Of a stretch of 64,000 bases of DNA, positions 17,799 to 27,801 are shown piece by piece. Made by a program: the position numbers and the translations under genes. This stretch comes from a virus. Lineage: Duplodnaviria > Caudoviricetes. Positions within the stretch are counted from its first letter, which is position 1. The number at the start of each line of letters is the position of its first letter. The DNA lies in the IMG/VR virus record IMGVR_UViG_3300021603_000005, positions 1-64,000 of that record; one strand, 5' to 3'. The notes below the pieces were generated by a model, which did not search any database, was not told the origin of the DNA, and saw only the letters and a list, made by a program, of their open reading frames with translations.

Positions 17799-17984
17799 AT
17801 GATAAATCAATTCGCGATAGTCGATTCTGCAAACAATGTGATCTCTGGCACGGTAGGTGGAGATAGTTCGGAGTGCTGGGTCAGATTTTTTGCGATACCA
17901 ACGTTTCATAGGTATCTATGGTCCGGCATCGAGACGGCAGAAAAGGATGGATACAAAATGCGCGTCGTATTGGTGTCGATATGA
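17799..17984 (+). CDS. hypothetical protein
   Basis: GGAGG RBS. Confidence 0.6.
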   Translation: MINQFAIVDSANNVISGTVGGDSSECWVRFFAIPTFHRYLWSGIETAEKDGYKMRVVLVSI

Positions 17985-18508
17985 GTAATACAATAAGTCT
18001 CGGTGACATTTACCATCCGATACATTTTGGTACCCAGCTTTTTTATGGCATTGCGCGACTGCGCAACATGATACAAGAATACCCAGTGGATATCGACTGT
18101 GACTTTCAAAGAGGTCACGTATGGACGACAAAACAGAAACAATTGTTCGTCGGGCATCTACTGGAAGGCGGTCAGGTCCAACCATGTGTTCTTAATACAG
18201 ATCCCCGAGACGTTTTGGCTGCGGCCCAATTAGTAGATGGCAAACAGAGAATGGCAGCGTGTATTGATTGGTGTGATGGGGCTATATCAGCGGAATTGAG
18301 TGATGGTAGACTTATTAACTACAACGAATTGGACAAAACAAGCAAGACAATGTGTGTTATGAGCGTCGGACTTAGGTTCACTATAACTACAATGGACAGA
18401 AAAGGGGTCTTATCTCTCTATATTAAGCTGAACAAAGGTGGAACTATACATACCGACGCCGAAATAGAAAGAGTACGTCGGCTACTAGAAATAGAACAAG
18501 GAAAATGA
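17981..18508 (+). CDS. DUF262 (ParB/Srx-fold) protein
   Basis: DFQRGHVW, LVDGKQR, LNKGGT motifs. Confidence 0.85.
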   Translation: MSNTISLGDIYHPIHFGTQLFYGIARLRNMIQEYPVDIDCDFQRGHVWTTKQKQLFVGHLLEGGQVQPCVLNTDPRDVLAAAQLVDGKQRMAACIDWCDGAISAELSDGRLINYNELDKTSKTMCVMSVGLRFTITTMDRKGVLSLYIKLNKGGTIHTDAEIERVRRLLEIEQGK

Positions 18509-18509
18509 T

Positions 18510-18797
18510 ATGACTTTCTCTAAAAATCACGGTCGATGTATTGGAAGGTTGCTGCAATTTTTGTATCGTTATAACATAGATTTTGACTATTGCCAGATAG
18601 GTGATGGGGAAGTACTTCTTCATGGAAGATTAGTCGCAAAGTATGTTTGGGATGGAGACACAGACATCCCAACTTTTGTTTTCTATGAACGTTTTGAGTA
18701 TCTAAATAAAGTACAGAATGAGTGGAAGCAACAAATTCTTGAAGGAGAAAAGAATGACACTCGTAGGCAGAGCGGCCATGATCAGGGCGTTTGTTAA
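18510..18797 (+). CDS. hypothetical protein
   Basis: Coupled ORF. Confidence 0.55.
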   Translation: MTFSKNHGRCIGRLLQFLYRYNIDFDYCQIGDGEVLLHGRLVAKYVWDGDTDIPTFVFYERFEYLNKVQNEWKQQILEGEKNDTRRQSGHDQGVC

Positions 18798-19008
18798 CAA
18801 GTCTGGTGGAATGGCTGTCTGGAGTCGTTGCACTATCGTTGCAACATCCAAGGACAATATCACAGTGGAGTCTACACAAAGAGTTTACAATTCAAAAAAG
18901 AAGCAGGTCGAAAGCAGGTCTGCGATCTTCGATTGTTACGATCAGGTAGTACATACAGATATCATCCCAAGAAGGGCGATAGCGGAAATGGTCTTGTATT
19001 CCAACTAG
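18718..19008 (+). CDS. hypothetical protein
   Basis: ORF; real start probably the internal ATG after AGGAG. Confidence 0.5.
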   Translation: MSGSNKFLKEKRMTLVGRAAMIRAFVNKSGGMAVWSRCTIVATSKDNITVESTQRVYNSKKKQVESRSAIFDCYDQVVHTDIIPRRAIAEMVLYSN

Positions 19009-19510
19009 TCTAACAGGAGAGATGTGGCTATGAACGATCAACTTATTGGTGTTGATTTTTGTGCATGTGGCCCAAACAACACGATTAGGTGCGACGGCGT
19101 GTGTCGCAAATCGCATACAAATGAAGATGGAGAGGTTGTGTGTTTCGAAAAGTATAAGTACTCTCCACCTACGAAAAAGAGGGAAAAGAAGAAATGATGT
19201 CGTTAATATGCTTCTTAACCGGGCTGATGCTCGGTGTCTTTTATCCAAGGATATTCGATTGGGTAAAAGATATGAACTGGGAATGGTTAGTAGACGATAT
19301 TGATCGCTACCGGAGACGATAAACGACAGTGTGCGCAGGCCATACAGAATTATGACAAATCCGGTGTTCCTGCAAAAGCAACACGTCGTTTTTATTCAAG
19401 CCGACTAGATGGTCGTCGTATGTACATACCCGACCGTCAAACAGTGGACTAGGGGTGGGTGGAGTCGGTTGTAGAACCCCATTTATTTTGTAGCTAGCGA
19501 AAGGAAGATC

Positions 19511-20053
19511 ATGTGCTCTGGTTATTTGCTTAACGTTCTGAATACCAGCATACTCAAACGAATAGTTGAAAACACATCTGAGTTTATCACTTCTCAGAAC
19601 ATCGACTTTGATTCTATTGCTGCAAGAGGATTGAGTGGGACACTGGTATCGTCGCCGGTATGTATTGCGATAAACAAAAACCTCGTGGTCGTGCGAAAGG
19701 GCGAAAGTAGCCATGGATACAGCGTTGAAGCCGCAGTATGTCCAGAACGATACATTATAATAGACGACTTTTTAGATACCGGGGCAACGATAAAGGCCAT
19801 AATAGATAGGATCAGTAGCACCCACCACGAAGCAAAGTGTGTCGGGGTGGTTTTATACCAGCAATATGTTAACGACATGGCAAGTAATTGCATAGCGTTT
19901 TTTGATACATCATCCATAGACGACGCACATATCGCCAAACAAATCGAGGATGTGTCGTATCGTATTAGGACTACAGATTACGATGATAGTCTCCCAATTA
20001 AGGTGACGGTGTGTAAAAAGTCATATATCAAGGTGGCAAATCACGATGATTGA
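19511..20053 (+). CDS. type I phosphoribosyltransferase
   Basis: IIIDDFLDTGAT PRPP-binding loop; VVRK. Confidence 0.85.
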   Translation: MCSGYLLNVLNTSILKRIVENTSEFITSQNIDFDSIAARGLSGTLVSSPVCIAINKNLVVVRKGESSHGYSVEAAVCPERYIIIDDFLDTGATIKAIIDRISSTHHEAKCVGVVLYQQYVNDMASNCIAFFDTSSIDDAHIAKQIEDVSYRIRTTDYDDSLPIKVTVCKKSYIKVANHDD

Positions 20054-20426
20054 TGTCGATGATGTGCGAGCCGTAGCAACTAGGGTAAGAAAGTGGGCAG
20101 AAGATAGATCTGTATATGGAGAATCTGACCTAACTGGAATGTGTGCTATTTGCTCGTACCGCCTTGGAAGATTATTAACTAGGCGTGGCCATAGACCGAT
20201 CCTATGCATGAATAGAAATCATGCCTTTTTAACAATCGGACGGGGAGAGCAAAAGCTGATTATTGACGTGACAGCTACACAATTCGATCAAGCAGAAGAG
20301 GTCGTCATAACAAATCTTGTAGACAAATGGTATTGGAAAAGGACGGATTGGGTTAGGTTGCCTACCAATAGAAAAAGAATACAAAAAATGTTTCGGGATT
20401 GGCCTTCTGAGCAACAGCCAATATGA
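20046..20426 (+). CDS. hypothetical protein, papain/transglutaminase-like C-H-D motifs
   Basis: GMCAICS...HAFL...IDVTATQF. Confidence 0.55.
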   Translation: MIDVDDVRAVATRVRKWAEDRSVYGESDLTGMCAICSYRLGRLLTRRGHRPILCMNRNHAFLTIGRGEQKLIIDVTATQFDQAEEVVITNLVDKWYWKRTDWVRLPTNRKRIQKMFRDWPSEQQPI

Positions 20427-20668
20427 AAAAACGCGATATTCGCAAGATACATCAACTTATTTTGGGCAATGAAAAGTACCCATTTCAAACTCGTATCGCA
20501 GCTATGTTCATACGAGCGGGCGGGACGGAAGAAGAGTGGATTAAATTGTCACAGACCATGGAGTTCAAATCATTGCCCAGTCCAGTATTGGTTGGAATCC
20601 ATAATCGCATTCGCGATATCAAGATTGGTCTTGTGAAGCTCACAGATATTCCATGTGAATTGTTGTGA
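20423..20668 (+). CDS. hypothetical protein
   Basis: ATGA overlap. Confidence 0.6.
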   Translation: MKKRDIRKIHQLILGNEKYPFQTRIAAMFIRAGGTEEEWIKLSQTMEFKSLPSPVLVGIHNRIRDIKIGLVKLTDIPCELL

Positions 20669-20801
20669 GAAGTGGCGCAAATATTCGAGAAGTTTTTGTC
20701 ATTTATAGATAAGAATATATCGCAATCGGCGTATTTTATGTGTGTCGATGCGTCAATAGAAGGCTTAGGGTCGTCAAGAAACGTGTCTATTGGAGGTGAC
20801 A

Positions 20802-21227
20802 ATGCCAATATTTCCCGTCCAGCAAATTGTGGTATGCGGCAGGGAGGCCATAGAGCACCCAGATTGCAGTCGCATGCCGTTTGTGTTAATATCTATTCGC
20901 GACAGCAAAAGTAAACCAGTTAACGTTACGTGCGAAAAGCTGGTAGACGCAACCTATCTTGTCTTTGACGATATACTCAAGCCTATTGACGGTCTTGTTG
21001 CAATGAGCGACGAGCATGCGATACAAATTGCAGACTTCGTGGTATGTTGGCGACGATATCCGCTGATAGTATGTCAATGTGAAGCTGGTATTTCAAGAAG
21101 CGCCGGGGTTGCTGCGGCTATCATGAAGTATTTGGTCGGTGACGATAAATCGATATTCAATTGCGATCTTTTATTGCCAAATCGATATGTCTATGAGAAG
21201 GTATTGGCGGAACTTCTGAAACGATGA
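20802..21227 (+). CDS. protein-tyrosine/dual-specificity phosphatase-like
   Basis: CEAGISRS (CX5R), FDD acid loop, PN motif. Confidence 0.85.
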   Translation: MPIFPVQQIVVCGREAIEHPDCSRMPFVLISIRDSKSKPVNVTCEKLVDATYLVFDDILKPIDGLVAMSDEHAIQIADFVVCWRRYPLIVCQCEAGISRSAGVAAAIMKYLVGDDKSIFNCDLLLPNRYVYEKVLAELLKR

Positions 21228-21244
21228 ACGAAAGGATGTAACTC

Positions 21245-22000
21245 ATGAGTCTCAAAACATGGGAAAGTGAATTCTATCCTGTCGATGCAAAGACGGTCGC
21301 AAGGTCTGGATCGGCCATGAAGTGCTTGAGACATTCATTACAAAAATGGATTGGTCTTCTGCCGGAAAATTTATCCAGACATGCAGTGTCGACTCGCGAA
21401 ATAAGTGCAACCTCGCTTAATTGCGCACTGTGCCAATTCGTCGCATTCTACAACAATGCCGGGTGTAATGTTTGCCCATTGTTTGTATCGCTGGGAAATA
21501 AGTTGTGTCATTTTGTCGACGGTTCACCGTATCGTGATTGGGCTATCAATAGCGATCCCAAACCAATGATTGATGCTCTAAAACATGCAATAGAACATTT
21601 TAGCAATAGGGTGTTGGTAAGCAAAGACACGCAATTGGTGTATCATTTTCGCCAAAGACATTCTCAGAAAGGCGGCGTAACGGTAGTCTACAATCCGGTA
21701 ACTAAGCACTTTGGTGTTGCGATATGTAGTTCAAATGATATGTTCTCAAAACAGGCTGGGTACAAACTGGCGTTTGGTAGATCCAAGTCTAAGAGAGAAT
21801 ACGCTGCCGCTGAATTACCAGAACCGGCAACACTAGACGATGTAAAACGGTGGGCATGGGGATTGGCCAGAGCCTGTGTGGATATTCATAATGAGGGGGT
21901 TGATAATAAAACACAGGAAATCGTAACCAAGATAATCGCAAGTAGGAAACAACTGTTGTTGGATGTATCAGGAGATGGCGAACATGAAGATCAAGGTTGA
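21245..22000 (+). CDS. hypothetical two-domain Cys-rich protein
   Basis: CALC/CNVCPL N-terminal domain; AICSSNDMFSKQAG C-terminal domain. Confidence 0.7.
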   Translation: MSLKTWESEFYPVDAKTVARSGSAMKCLRHSLQKWIGLLPENLSRHAVSTREISATSLNCALCQFVAFYNNAGCNVCPLFVSLGNKLCHFVDGSPYRDWAINSDPKPMIDALKHAIEHFSNRVLVSKDTQLVYHFRQRHSQKGGVTVVYNPVTKHFGVAICSSNDMFSKQAGYKLAFGRSKSKREYAAAELPEPATLDDVKRWAWGLARACVDIHNEGVDNKTQEIVTKIIASRKQLLLDVSGDGEHEDQG

Positions 22001-22148
22001 GGACATAACGTTATTGTATGTGTGTCCGATTTGTGGAGAAAAATTCAGACAACCTTTGTCCGAAATTGTTGAGGCTGGCACGGCAGTATGTACGGACTGT
22101 GACTATGATTGTGAATTAGAGGATGAGGTACTTGTGGATTCGCAATAA
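21984..22148 (+). CDS. small zinc-ribbon protein
   Basis: CPIC...CTDC. Confidence 0.55.
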   Translation: MKIKVEDITLLYVCPICGEKFRQPLSEIVEAGTAVCTDCDYDCELEDEVLVDSQ

Positions 22149-22345
22149 GAAAAGGAAAGAAAATGACAGAGACACAGGCACAAGAGATCGTCAACGCAAT
22201 GGTCGTCGTCAAATGGGGAGTTGTTCTGTTTGTATTTGTACAGATAATTTCTACGATATGGAGTATGTTAATTGCGGAGAGACAGCTTTCACGAGCGAAT
22301 AAGATGTTTGATAGGGCGATGGAAGAAGATTTTTGATTTGTGGAA

Positions 22346-22610
22346 GCGCCCATAGCTCAGTTGGTCAGAGCAATGGACTTTCTTTGGGGAGCGATATCGG
22401 GTAACTGGTATTGGAAAATTCCGTAAAGTCGGTGAACCCCCTGTTTTATACGAGGTAACGCCGAGCGAAGCCAGGAAACTGGAACGTGTAGAGACTTGAC
22501 ACGGAACATCCTAATAGGATGAAGGCAAAGTCCAGACCACAAAAGCAAGGTAGCGAAAGCTATAGTGGTAAGTAAGCCGTAAGTTGCAGGTTCGAGTCCT
22601 GCTGGGCGCA
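22346..22610 (+). tRNA. tRNA-Lys(UUU), intron-split (exons 22346-22381 and 22573-22610)
   Basis: GCGCCCA/TGGGCGC acceptor, canonical D and T arms; spliced loop CTTT+TAA. Confidence 0.8.
22382..22572 (+). ncRNA. group I intron (IC3-like), 191 nt, no ORF
   Basis: P3 TTCCGT/ACGGAA, P4 TCGGTG/CGCCGA, R GTAGAGACTTGA, S AAGGCAAAGTCC, P8 CATCCT/AGGATG, terminal G. Confidence 0.88.
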
Positions 22611-22624
22611 ATAAGGAGGCAATA

Positions 22625-23101
22625 ATGTCAGAACTAAACATTAACGATTTCGAGTTATCGATAAAGGATGGGAAAGCAGAGTATCGACCTGCAATAAAAG
22701 GAGAGTTTTTCCTTTACAATAACGACGGGGTAATCGACGGTCCAAGCATAGCAGGTTATTATATTATGCGCCGCAAGCCCGAGCCAGTACATAACGGCTT
22801 TTGGGCAATGGCGCAGATGCTAGACGGGAAAAGGGTGGCAGTTCCCGATGCTTCAAGTGGTAGTTACTTTCTCTATAATGGATCGGACTTTTTATGGACC
22901 AATGGCGTTGTAACCCACCGAATGAGTATGGGTAAATATCAATTAACTCGCACAGACTGGCAACTTTATGATGAGACGCCAATTGCAGATGCAGTTCGCA
23001 CAAAACTTCGAGCATGGTGTGTCGTCGATTCTATTGTGGATTGTGTGTGTGAGAATATCGCTAGTCTGGAAAGACGGATAGCGGAACTGGAGAATAAGTA
23101 A
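22625..23101 (+). CDS. hypothetical protein
   Basis: AAGGAGG RBS. Confidence 0.7.
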   Translation: MSELNINDFELSIKDGKAEYRPAIKGEFFLYNNDGVIDGPSIAGYYIMRRKPEPVHNGFWAMAQMLDGKRVAVPDASSGSYFLYNGSDFLWTNGVVTHRMSMGKYQLTRTDWQLYDETPIADAVRTKLRAWCVVDSIVDCVCENIASLERRIAELENK

Positions 23102-23270
23102 TGAGTAGAGAATAAAAATCTTGATTACTGCTATGGGATAGATAAGTGCCATCGTTGCCCAATAACTAAGGCAACCGGCCACTTTTGTATACGTAATTCC
23201 TATTTAGGAAAACCGTCAACAGTTGTTAGGTTGCTAAAGAAGTGTCTCAAAGCATATAAAGGAAGGTAAA

Positions 23271-23540
23271 ATGATCAGTAGGCTAGTACTCAATCTCAGG
23301 CAAGAAGACCTTGTTAGAACGGCAATGTCTCGTCTGATGAAGTATCCATTGCCAGACAGAGTAAAGAGGTTTGGGTTACGCGACGACCAGAGGGGACGGC
23401 CTGGAACAACTATTACAAAGGATTTGCTTGACTTGGATGTTGATGAACCAAAGTTTCTTAAAGCGTTGTGTAATGAACTTTTTAGCATGGAGCATTCGGA
23501 CGCACATGCGCTGGCGAAAAGAATAGGGGAGCATCTATAA
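23271..23540 (+). CDS. hypothetical protein
   Basis: RBS plus ORF. Confidence 0.65.
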   Translation: MISRLVLNLRQEDLVRTAMSRLMKYPLPDRVKRFGLRDDQRGRPGTTITKDLLDLDVDEPKFLKALCNELFSMEHSDAHALAKRIGEHL

Positions 23541-23887
23541 TGGCATATATATACTGTGCCGATAAGTACTGCTCGGATTGTGGCGCAAGGATTAAGGAGT
23601 GGTTAGACAAAGCCGAACAAACTCCAGAACATCCTGAAGACGAAACTACATTCGACAGTGACGAATATCCAAAACGATGTGACGACGATGAAACATCCGA
23701 TTCTCCACAGCACTGTGGATCGCATGGTGAATGTCTAAACGCAGTCACATTGAAAAGTGGATATAAGGTTGGGTGTTTAATCGGAACGAATCTTACTGAT
23801 GTTGGTGTCGCATATCTCAAAGACGCCATAATTGAGGGTGGAGAGGTGGCTGAGTTCTGGCGGAAGGAGTTTAGTGACTACCTATGA
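23540..23887 (+). CDS. hypothetical Cys/acidic protein
   Basis: YIYCADKYCSDCG...DSPQHC. Confidence 0.7.
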   Translation: MAYIYCADKYCSDCGARIKEWLDKAEQTPEHPEDETTFDSDEYPKRCDDDETSDSPQHCGSHGECLNAVTLKSGYKVGCLIGTNLTDVGVAYLKDAIIEGGEVAEFWRKEFSDYL

Positions 23888-24243
23888 TACCGAAATACGA
23901 TAGAGAGAATTTCAATACCCTTCTTAGGGCTGCGAAGGGCAACAATCTATGTCTGATGGAAGCCACTCGCAAAAGCGATGGAAAACAAGTATCTTTGATC
24001 TGTGCCGTCAATGTTGTCGATGAGAAATATGAAATGGTTCCATTGGCGGTAATGGTTGATGATAATCCATACGAGATTTTCGCGCCGCCAACCACATCTT
24101 CACCAATGTCTGAGAGCGAAACCCTACAATGGGCGGCTAAGTTGATCGAACAAGAGACTGACCAACATTGCCCATCGGATAGTTGGTATAGAGATCATTA
24201 TATGAAACTTGCAGGGAAGGTTCGGAAGGGTCCGGATGTATAG
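23884..24243 (+). CDS. hypothetical protein (DUF6117-like)
   Basis: NFNTLLRAAKGNNLCLME...NPYEIFAPP. Confidence 0.6.
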   Translation: MIPKYDRENFNTLLRAAKGNNLCLMEATRKSDGKQVSLICAVNVVDEKYEMVPLAVMVDDNPYEIFAPPTTSSPMSESETLQWAAKLIEQETDQHCPSDSWYRDHYMKLAGKVRKGPDV

Positions 24244-24384
24244 AAGTGGCGTCTTTGTTAGACTCAATAAAAGAAAAGTAAAACACATACCTTCCGTCTA
24301 GCCATCCTTTAGTACAAACGCTAAGCAATGCTGGGTTTTAAGTCGTATTGATCTAACACCAAAGAGTTATCTTAGGAGGATGAT

Positions 24385-24606
24385 GTGGCAACATTCTTTT
24401 TCCGAATAGAAAAGGTTATCAAAAGAGATGTTTTGCTGAAGGTCACGGCAGATACGGAGATCCAAGCCAGGGCCACGGCTACTGTCGGATCTATGGATTG
24501 AAGACTAAGCAAAGAAAACGTCACGGTGTTGTTCGACGAGACTACGGAACAGGAGACATGCAATAACGAAGTTATGTTTGAAAGGAAGAATAATGATTGT
24601 CGCTAA
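24385..24606 (+). pseudogene. small ORF with in-frame TGA
   Basis: AGGAGG RBS, GTG start, TGA at 24499-24501, frame continues for ~35 codons. Confidence 0.4.
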
Positions 24607-25060
24607 GTTTAGACAAGTGTATGACGATGAAAGACTGGCTGCTGGACGATACCTTGTAATCGATCCATGCTATGTCTTTGGGGAACCACGAGAACTTTGG
24701 GAAAAGATATGCGTTGCATTAAATGAAAATCCAGACAGAGACATGAGAGATCCCTTGATAATGACAATTGGTGATAATGATATCTTTATATTTTCGACAG
24801 CTTATGGGGATGGATGTTATCCAGTATTGCAATACGGAAAAATAATCGGCGAATGTGGCGTCGACGCTGGTCTGTTATCATTTGTTCCAGAGAAAATAAT
24901 CACCAATATGAATTACAAAAGAGAAAATCTGGGAACATGGGTAACTATAAACAAGGATTCGGCTATCGATTGGCAGTCGATCTTCGGAAACGTTCGGGTC
25001 GGAGATATCTACGTAGACACAAATCAAGAAGAGGATGAATATCTTGACGACGAAGAATAA
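24593..25060 (+). CDS. hypothetical protein (DUF4241-like)
   Basis: VIDPCY...TAYGDGCY...GVDAGLL. Confidence 0.65.
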   Translation: MIVAKFRQVYDDERLAAGRYLVIDPCYVFGEPRELWEKICVALNENPDRDMRDPLIMTIGDNDIFIFSTAYGDGCYPVLQYGKIIGECGVDAGLLSFVPEKIITNMNYKRENLGTWVTINKDSAIDWQSIFGNVRVGDIYVDTNQEEDEYLDDEE

Positions 25061-25138
25061 AACTACAGCCCAGTTGCGTAGCGAATGGCTATCTCATAGC
25101 ATGTATGAAGAGTTTTACCACAATGAACCAAGGAAAGT

Positions 25139-25390
25139 ATGAAAAATATGAGAAAGTTTTTTAGGACTCGCATTGAGGTTGAGATTCTTTCAGAAGAAGA
25201 ACCAGTAAAAGATGCTTCTCTTTCTGAAATTGCCCATGAAATCATATATGGTTCGTGGAGTGGTAGGCACAGAACCATTGAAGAAAAATCTCTGTCTCCG
25301 AAAGAGTGTGCTAAAGCTCTAATAGAGCATGGTAGTGATCCATCGTTTTTTGGGCTTTCGGAAAGTGGAGAAGGTGGAGAATCGTACTAA
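25139..25390 (+). CDS. hypothetical protein
   Basis: RBS plus ORF. Confidence 0.65.
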   Translation: MKNMRKFFRTRIEVEILSEEEPVKDASLSEIAHEIIYGSWSGRHRTIEEKSLSPKECAKALIEHGSDPSFFGLSESGEGGESY

Positions 25391-25418
25391 AACTTATTCA
25401 TATGGATAGACAGACAAG

Positions 25419-25679
25419 GTGGTGAACAATATGCTGAGCAAACTAGAAGATAGAATATTTATCAAGTATCAGTCTTATGCCATCTCTTTTGTTGGAGAAT
25501 TCCCTTGGCAACATTATGTCGGCCAAGGTGTTTATATTGGAGAAAACATAGAGCTTTGCCTGGCTTACGAAGAACGACATTGTGACTTTCGATTACCAGA
25601 CGGAACAGTGTGTACGTTTCCTATCTCTGCAATCGGCATAGAGATAAACTCTAAACCGACAAAAGAACTTGGGGTGTAG
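25419..25679 (+). CDS. hypothetical protein
   Basis: ORF in array. Confidence 0.55.
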   Translation: MVNNMLSKLEDRIFIKYQSYAISFVGEFPWQHYVGQGVYIGENIELCLAYEERHCDFRLPDGTVCTFPISAIGIEINSKPTKELGV

Positions 25680-25680
25680 T

Positions 25681-25968
25681 ATGAGACTAACCTTCAAAAA
25701 GGAAAAGGAATCTACAAATTTTTTCAACCCGTACCCGATGACCAATATCAAAGCAGATGGAAAGCATGTGGGTTACATCTTCAATAATGGAAAGTCCAAG
25801 TGGGAGATTCGTCTAGCGATTAAGAAAACTCCTACAACTGATAATCCCGCTCCATTTAAGTGGATGGGATTAAAGGGATGCGCTGACACCGAGCCAGAAG
25901 CTCGTGGTTTGTTGAAATCGAATTGGGAGAGCGTTCAAAGGCGTAATCTACATCAATTCGACGATTGA
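25681..25968 (+). CDS. hypothetical protein
   Basis: GGGGTG RBS. Confidence 0.6.
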   Translation: MRLTFKKEKESTNFFNPYPMTNIKADGKHVGYIFNNGKSKWEIRLAIKKTPTTDNPAPFKWMGLKGCADTEPEARGLLKSNWESVQRRNLHQFDD

Positions 25969-26008
25969 ACTTAACGATTTAAGATAGGCAAGAAAGAAAT
26001 GGTGAGCA

Positions 26009-26635
26009 ATGGAACAAGTTAAGACGATCACGTTGGCCGATGGGCGGTCGCTAGAAATTCATGTGGATGACAATCCTGAATCCCCTCGTGAGTGGGATAA
26101 TATGGGAACGATGGTTTGTTTTCATCGTCGCTATAGGTTGGGGGACAAGTCTCACAACTATTCCGAAAAGGATTTCTCTTCTTGGGATGAATTGCGAGCC
26201 AAGATAGAGGAAGACCATCATCCCGCGCTGATTTATCCCATTTTCCTATACGATCACAGCGGCATCACGATTAACATGGGTGGATTTGCGGACTGTGATA
26301 TCGCAAGGTGGGATTGGGGACAAGTAGGATTCATTTTCGTCAGCGAGGAAAAGGTTTGTAAGGAATACTCCGTCAAAAGTGTTACAACAGAAGTACTTCA
26401 GCGAGCAAAGAATTGTCTGTTGGCGGAAGTGGAAGTCTACCGACAGTATCTTGAAGGGGACGTTTACGGTTTTGTTCTGAGGGCTGCGCCCAAGCATTGT
26501 GATGTTTGCAACCATACTGAGGATGGTGAGGAGTTGGATTCGTGCTGGGGATTCTATGGGAATGATATCCGAGAGAATGGAATGCTTGAGCACTTGCCGG
26601 AAGACATTCATGAAGAGGTAATAACAAAGGCTTGA
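26009..26635 (+). CDS. conserved acidic phage/plasmid protein
   Basis: PESPREWDNMGTM, LYDHSG, WDWGQVG, DSCWGFYG. Confidence 0.75.
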   Translation: MEQVKTITLADGRSLEIHVDDNPESPREWDNMGTMVCFHRRYRLGDKSHNYSEKDFSSWDELRAKIEEDHHPALIYPIFLYDHSGITINMGGFADCDIARWDWGQVGFIFVSEEKVCKEYSVKSVTTEVLQRAKNCLLAEVEVYRQYLEGDVYGFVLRAAPKHCDVCNHTEDGEELDSCWGFYGNDIRENGMLEHLPEDIHEEVITKA

Positions 26636-26690
26636 CAGAAAGGGCATAATAGTACCAAATACGAAACCGAAGAATTAATGAGGTATAGAA

Positions 26691-26957
26691 TTGTCAAAAC
26701 CTACAACGAGTAAGTATTCCCAGAAGAGATATAGGTGTGTTAAGTGTGGACACGAACATGTGGTGGGAACTAATCACTATGGCGAGATTTACAGTCGATG
26801 TCCATCCTGCTCATGGAAATATCCGTTGGAATGCGGGCGGCATGTTTGCCTAGAACCTGTGCCTGAAAGCATAGGGGTACCTGAACCCTGGAAGATTGTA
26901 AAGCTGGGTGATGTCGCCACGATAGTTACTGGTCACAGGAGGTTGCGTGTATATTAG
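26691..26957 (+). CDS. zinc-ribbon protein
   Basis: CVKCG...TNH...CPSC. Confidence 0.6.
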   Translation: MSKPTTSKYSQKRYRCVKCGHEHVVGTNHYGEIYSRCPSCSWKYPLECGRHVCLEPVPESIGVPEPWKIVKLGDVATIVTGHRRLRVY

Positions 26958-27558
26958 GATAACAAGCAAATGCAGCATGCTTTGCAAACATTGCAACTTC
27001 GCTTGTACAAAAGATGGCGAAGATATGTGTCTTACGACGCTAAAAGCAGCACTAGACTATGGCGATGGGATAATTTGTATAGGTGGTGGAGAACCCACAA
27101 TACATCCACAGTTCTGGGAAATGTTTGCACTAATACTTGGACACAAGTATACGGAAGATGTGTTCATTGTCACAAATGGAAGTATGACGACAACATCTAT
27201 TGCGCTGGCTAAGCTTGCTAAAGCTGGTGTGATCGGCGCTGCTTTATCACAGGACGAATGGCATGACGAGATAAATGATGATGTGGTCGAGGCGTTTACT
27301 CGATCTAGCGGCGACAAAAGAAACTCGTCCCTATATGGGAGCGACTATGTAGATCGGCGCGAAATAAGGACGGTGACTAAACTGGCATATGGTGGCAGGT
27401 GTGATTGGGGAGACAAAGACTGTTGTCCGTGCCCAGAAATTACCGTCGAGCCTAACGGCGATGTTTACTCGTGTGGTTGTTATAAACGAATTAAGCTAGG
27501 CGATGTGTTCAATGGATTTGATATTCCAGACGATCAAAGATTATGTATTAATAAATAG
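26947..27558 (+). CDS. radical SAM protein
   Basis: CSMLCKHC, GGGEPT, VTNG, SPASM-like PNGDVYSC. Confidence 0.85.
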   Translation: MYIRITSKCSMLCKHCNFACTKDGEDMCLTTLKAALDYGDGIICIGGGEPTIHPQFWEMFALILGHKYTEDVFIVTNGSMTTTSIALAKLAKAGVIGAALSQDEWHDEINDDVVEAFTRSSGDKRNSSLYGSDYVDRREIRTVTKLAYGGRCDWGDKDCCPCPEITVEPNGDVYSCGCYKRIKLGDVFNGFDIPDDQRLCINK

Positions 27559-27576
27559 CAACAAGGAAGTAACTAA

Positions 27577-27801
27577 ATGACATTAAGAGAATTTATTAGA
27601 CAGAATCGCACAGAACTTGACGACCTAATTAATCGGGCATTAAACTATGTTCCTCGTCAAGCATCCTGTAATTGTCATAATTCCGGGACAGATCACTATC
27701 ACAGCGAAAAACAAAATCTTAACGATAAAGAGCGAAGATTATGGATTTTAAATGACGAGGGTTTGTATAAATGGGCTAGATCGTGTGGTGTCAAAATTTA
27801 G
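27577..27801 (+). CDS. hypothetical protein
   Basis: ERRLWILNDEGLYKWAR motif. Confidence 0.7.
   Translation: MTLREFIRQNRTELDDLINRALNYVPRQASCNCHNSGTDHYHSEKQNLNDKERRLWILNDEGLYKWARSCGVKI

Noticed and set aside
22346-22610. tRNA-Arg(UCU) reading of the intron-containing tRNA
   Set aside because: The sequence is CTTT then CTTTGG, and a 7-nt loop gives UUU; the D-loop lacks the A20 Arg determinant
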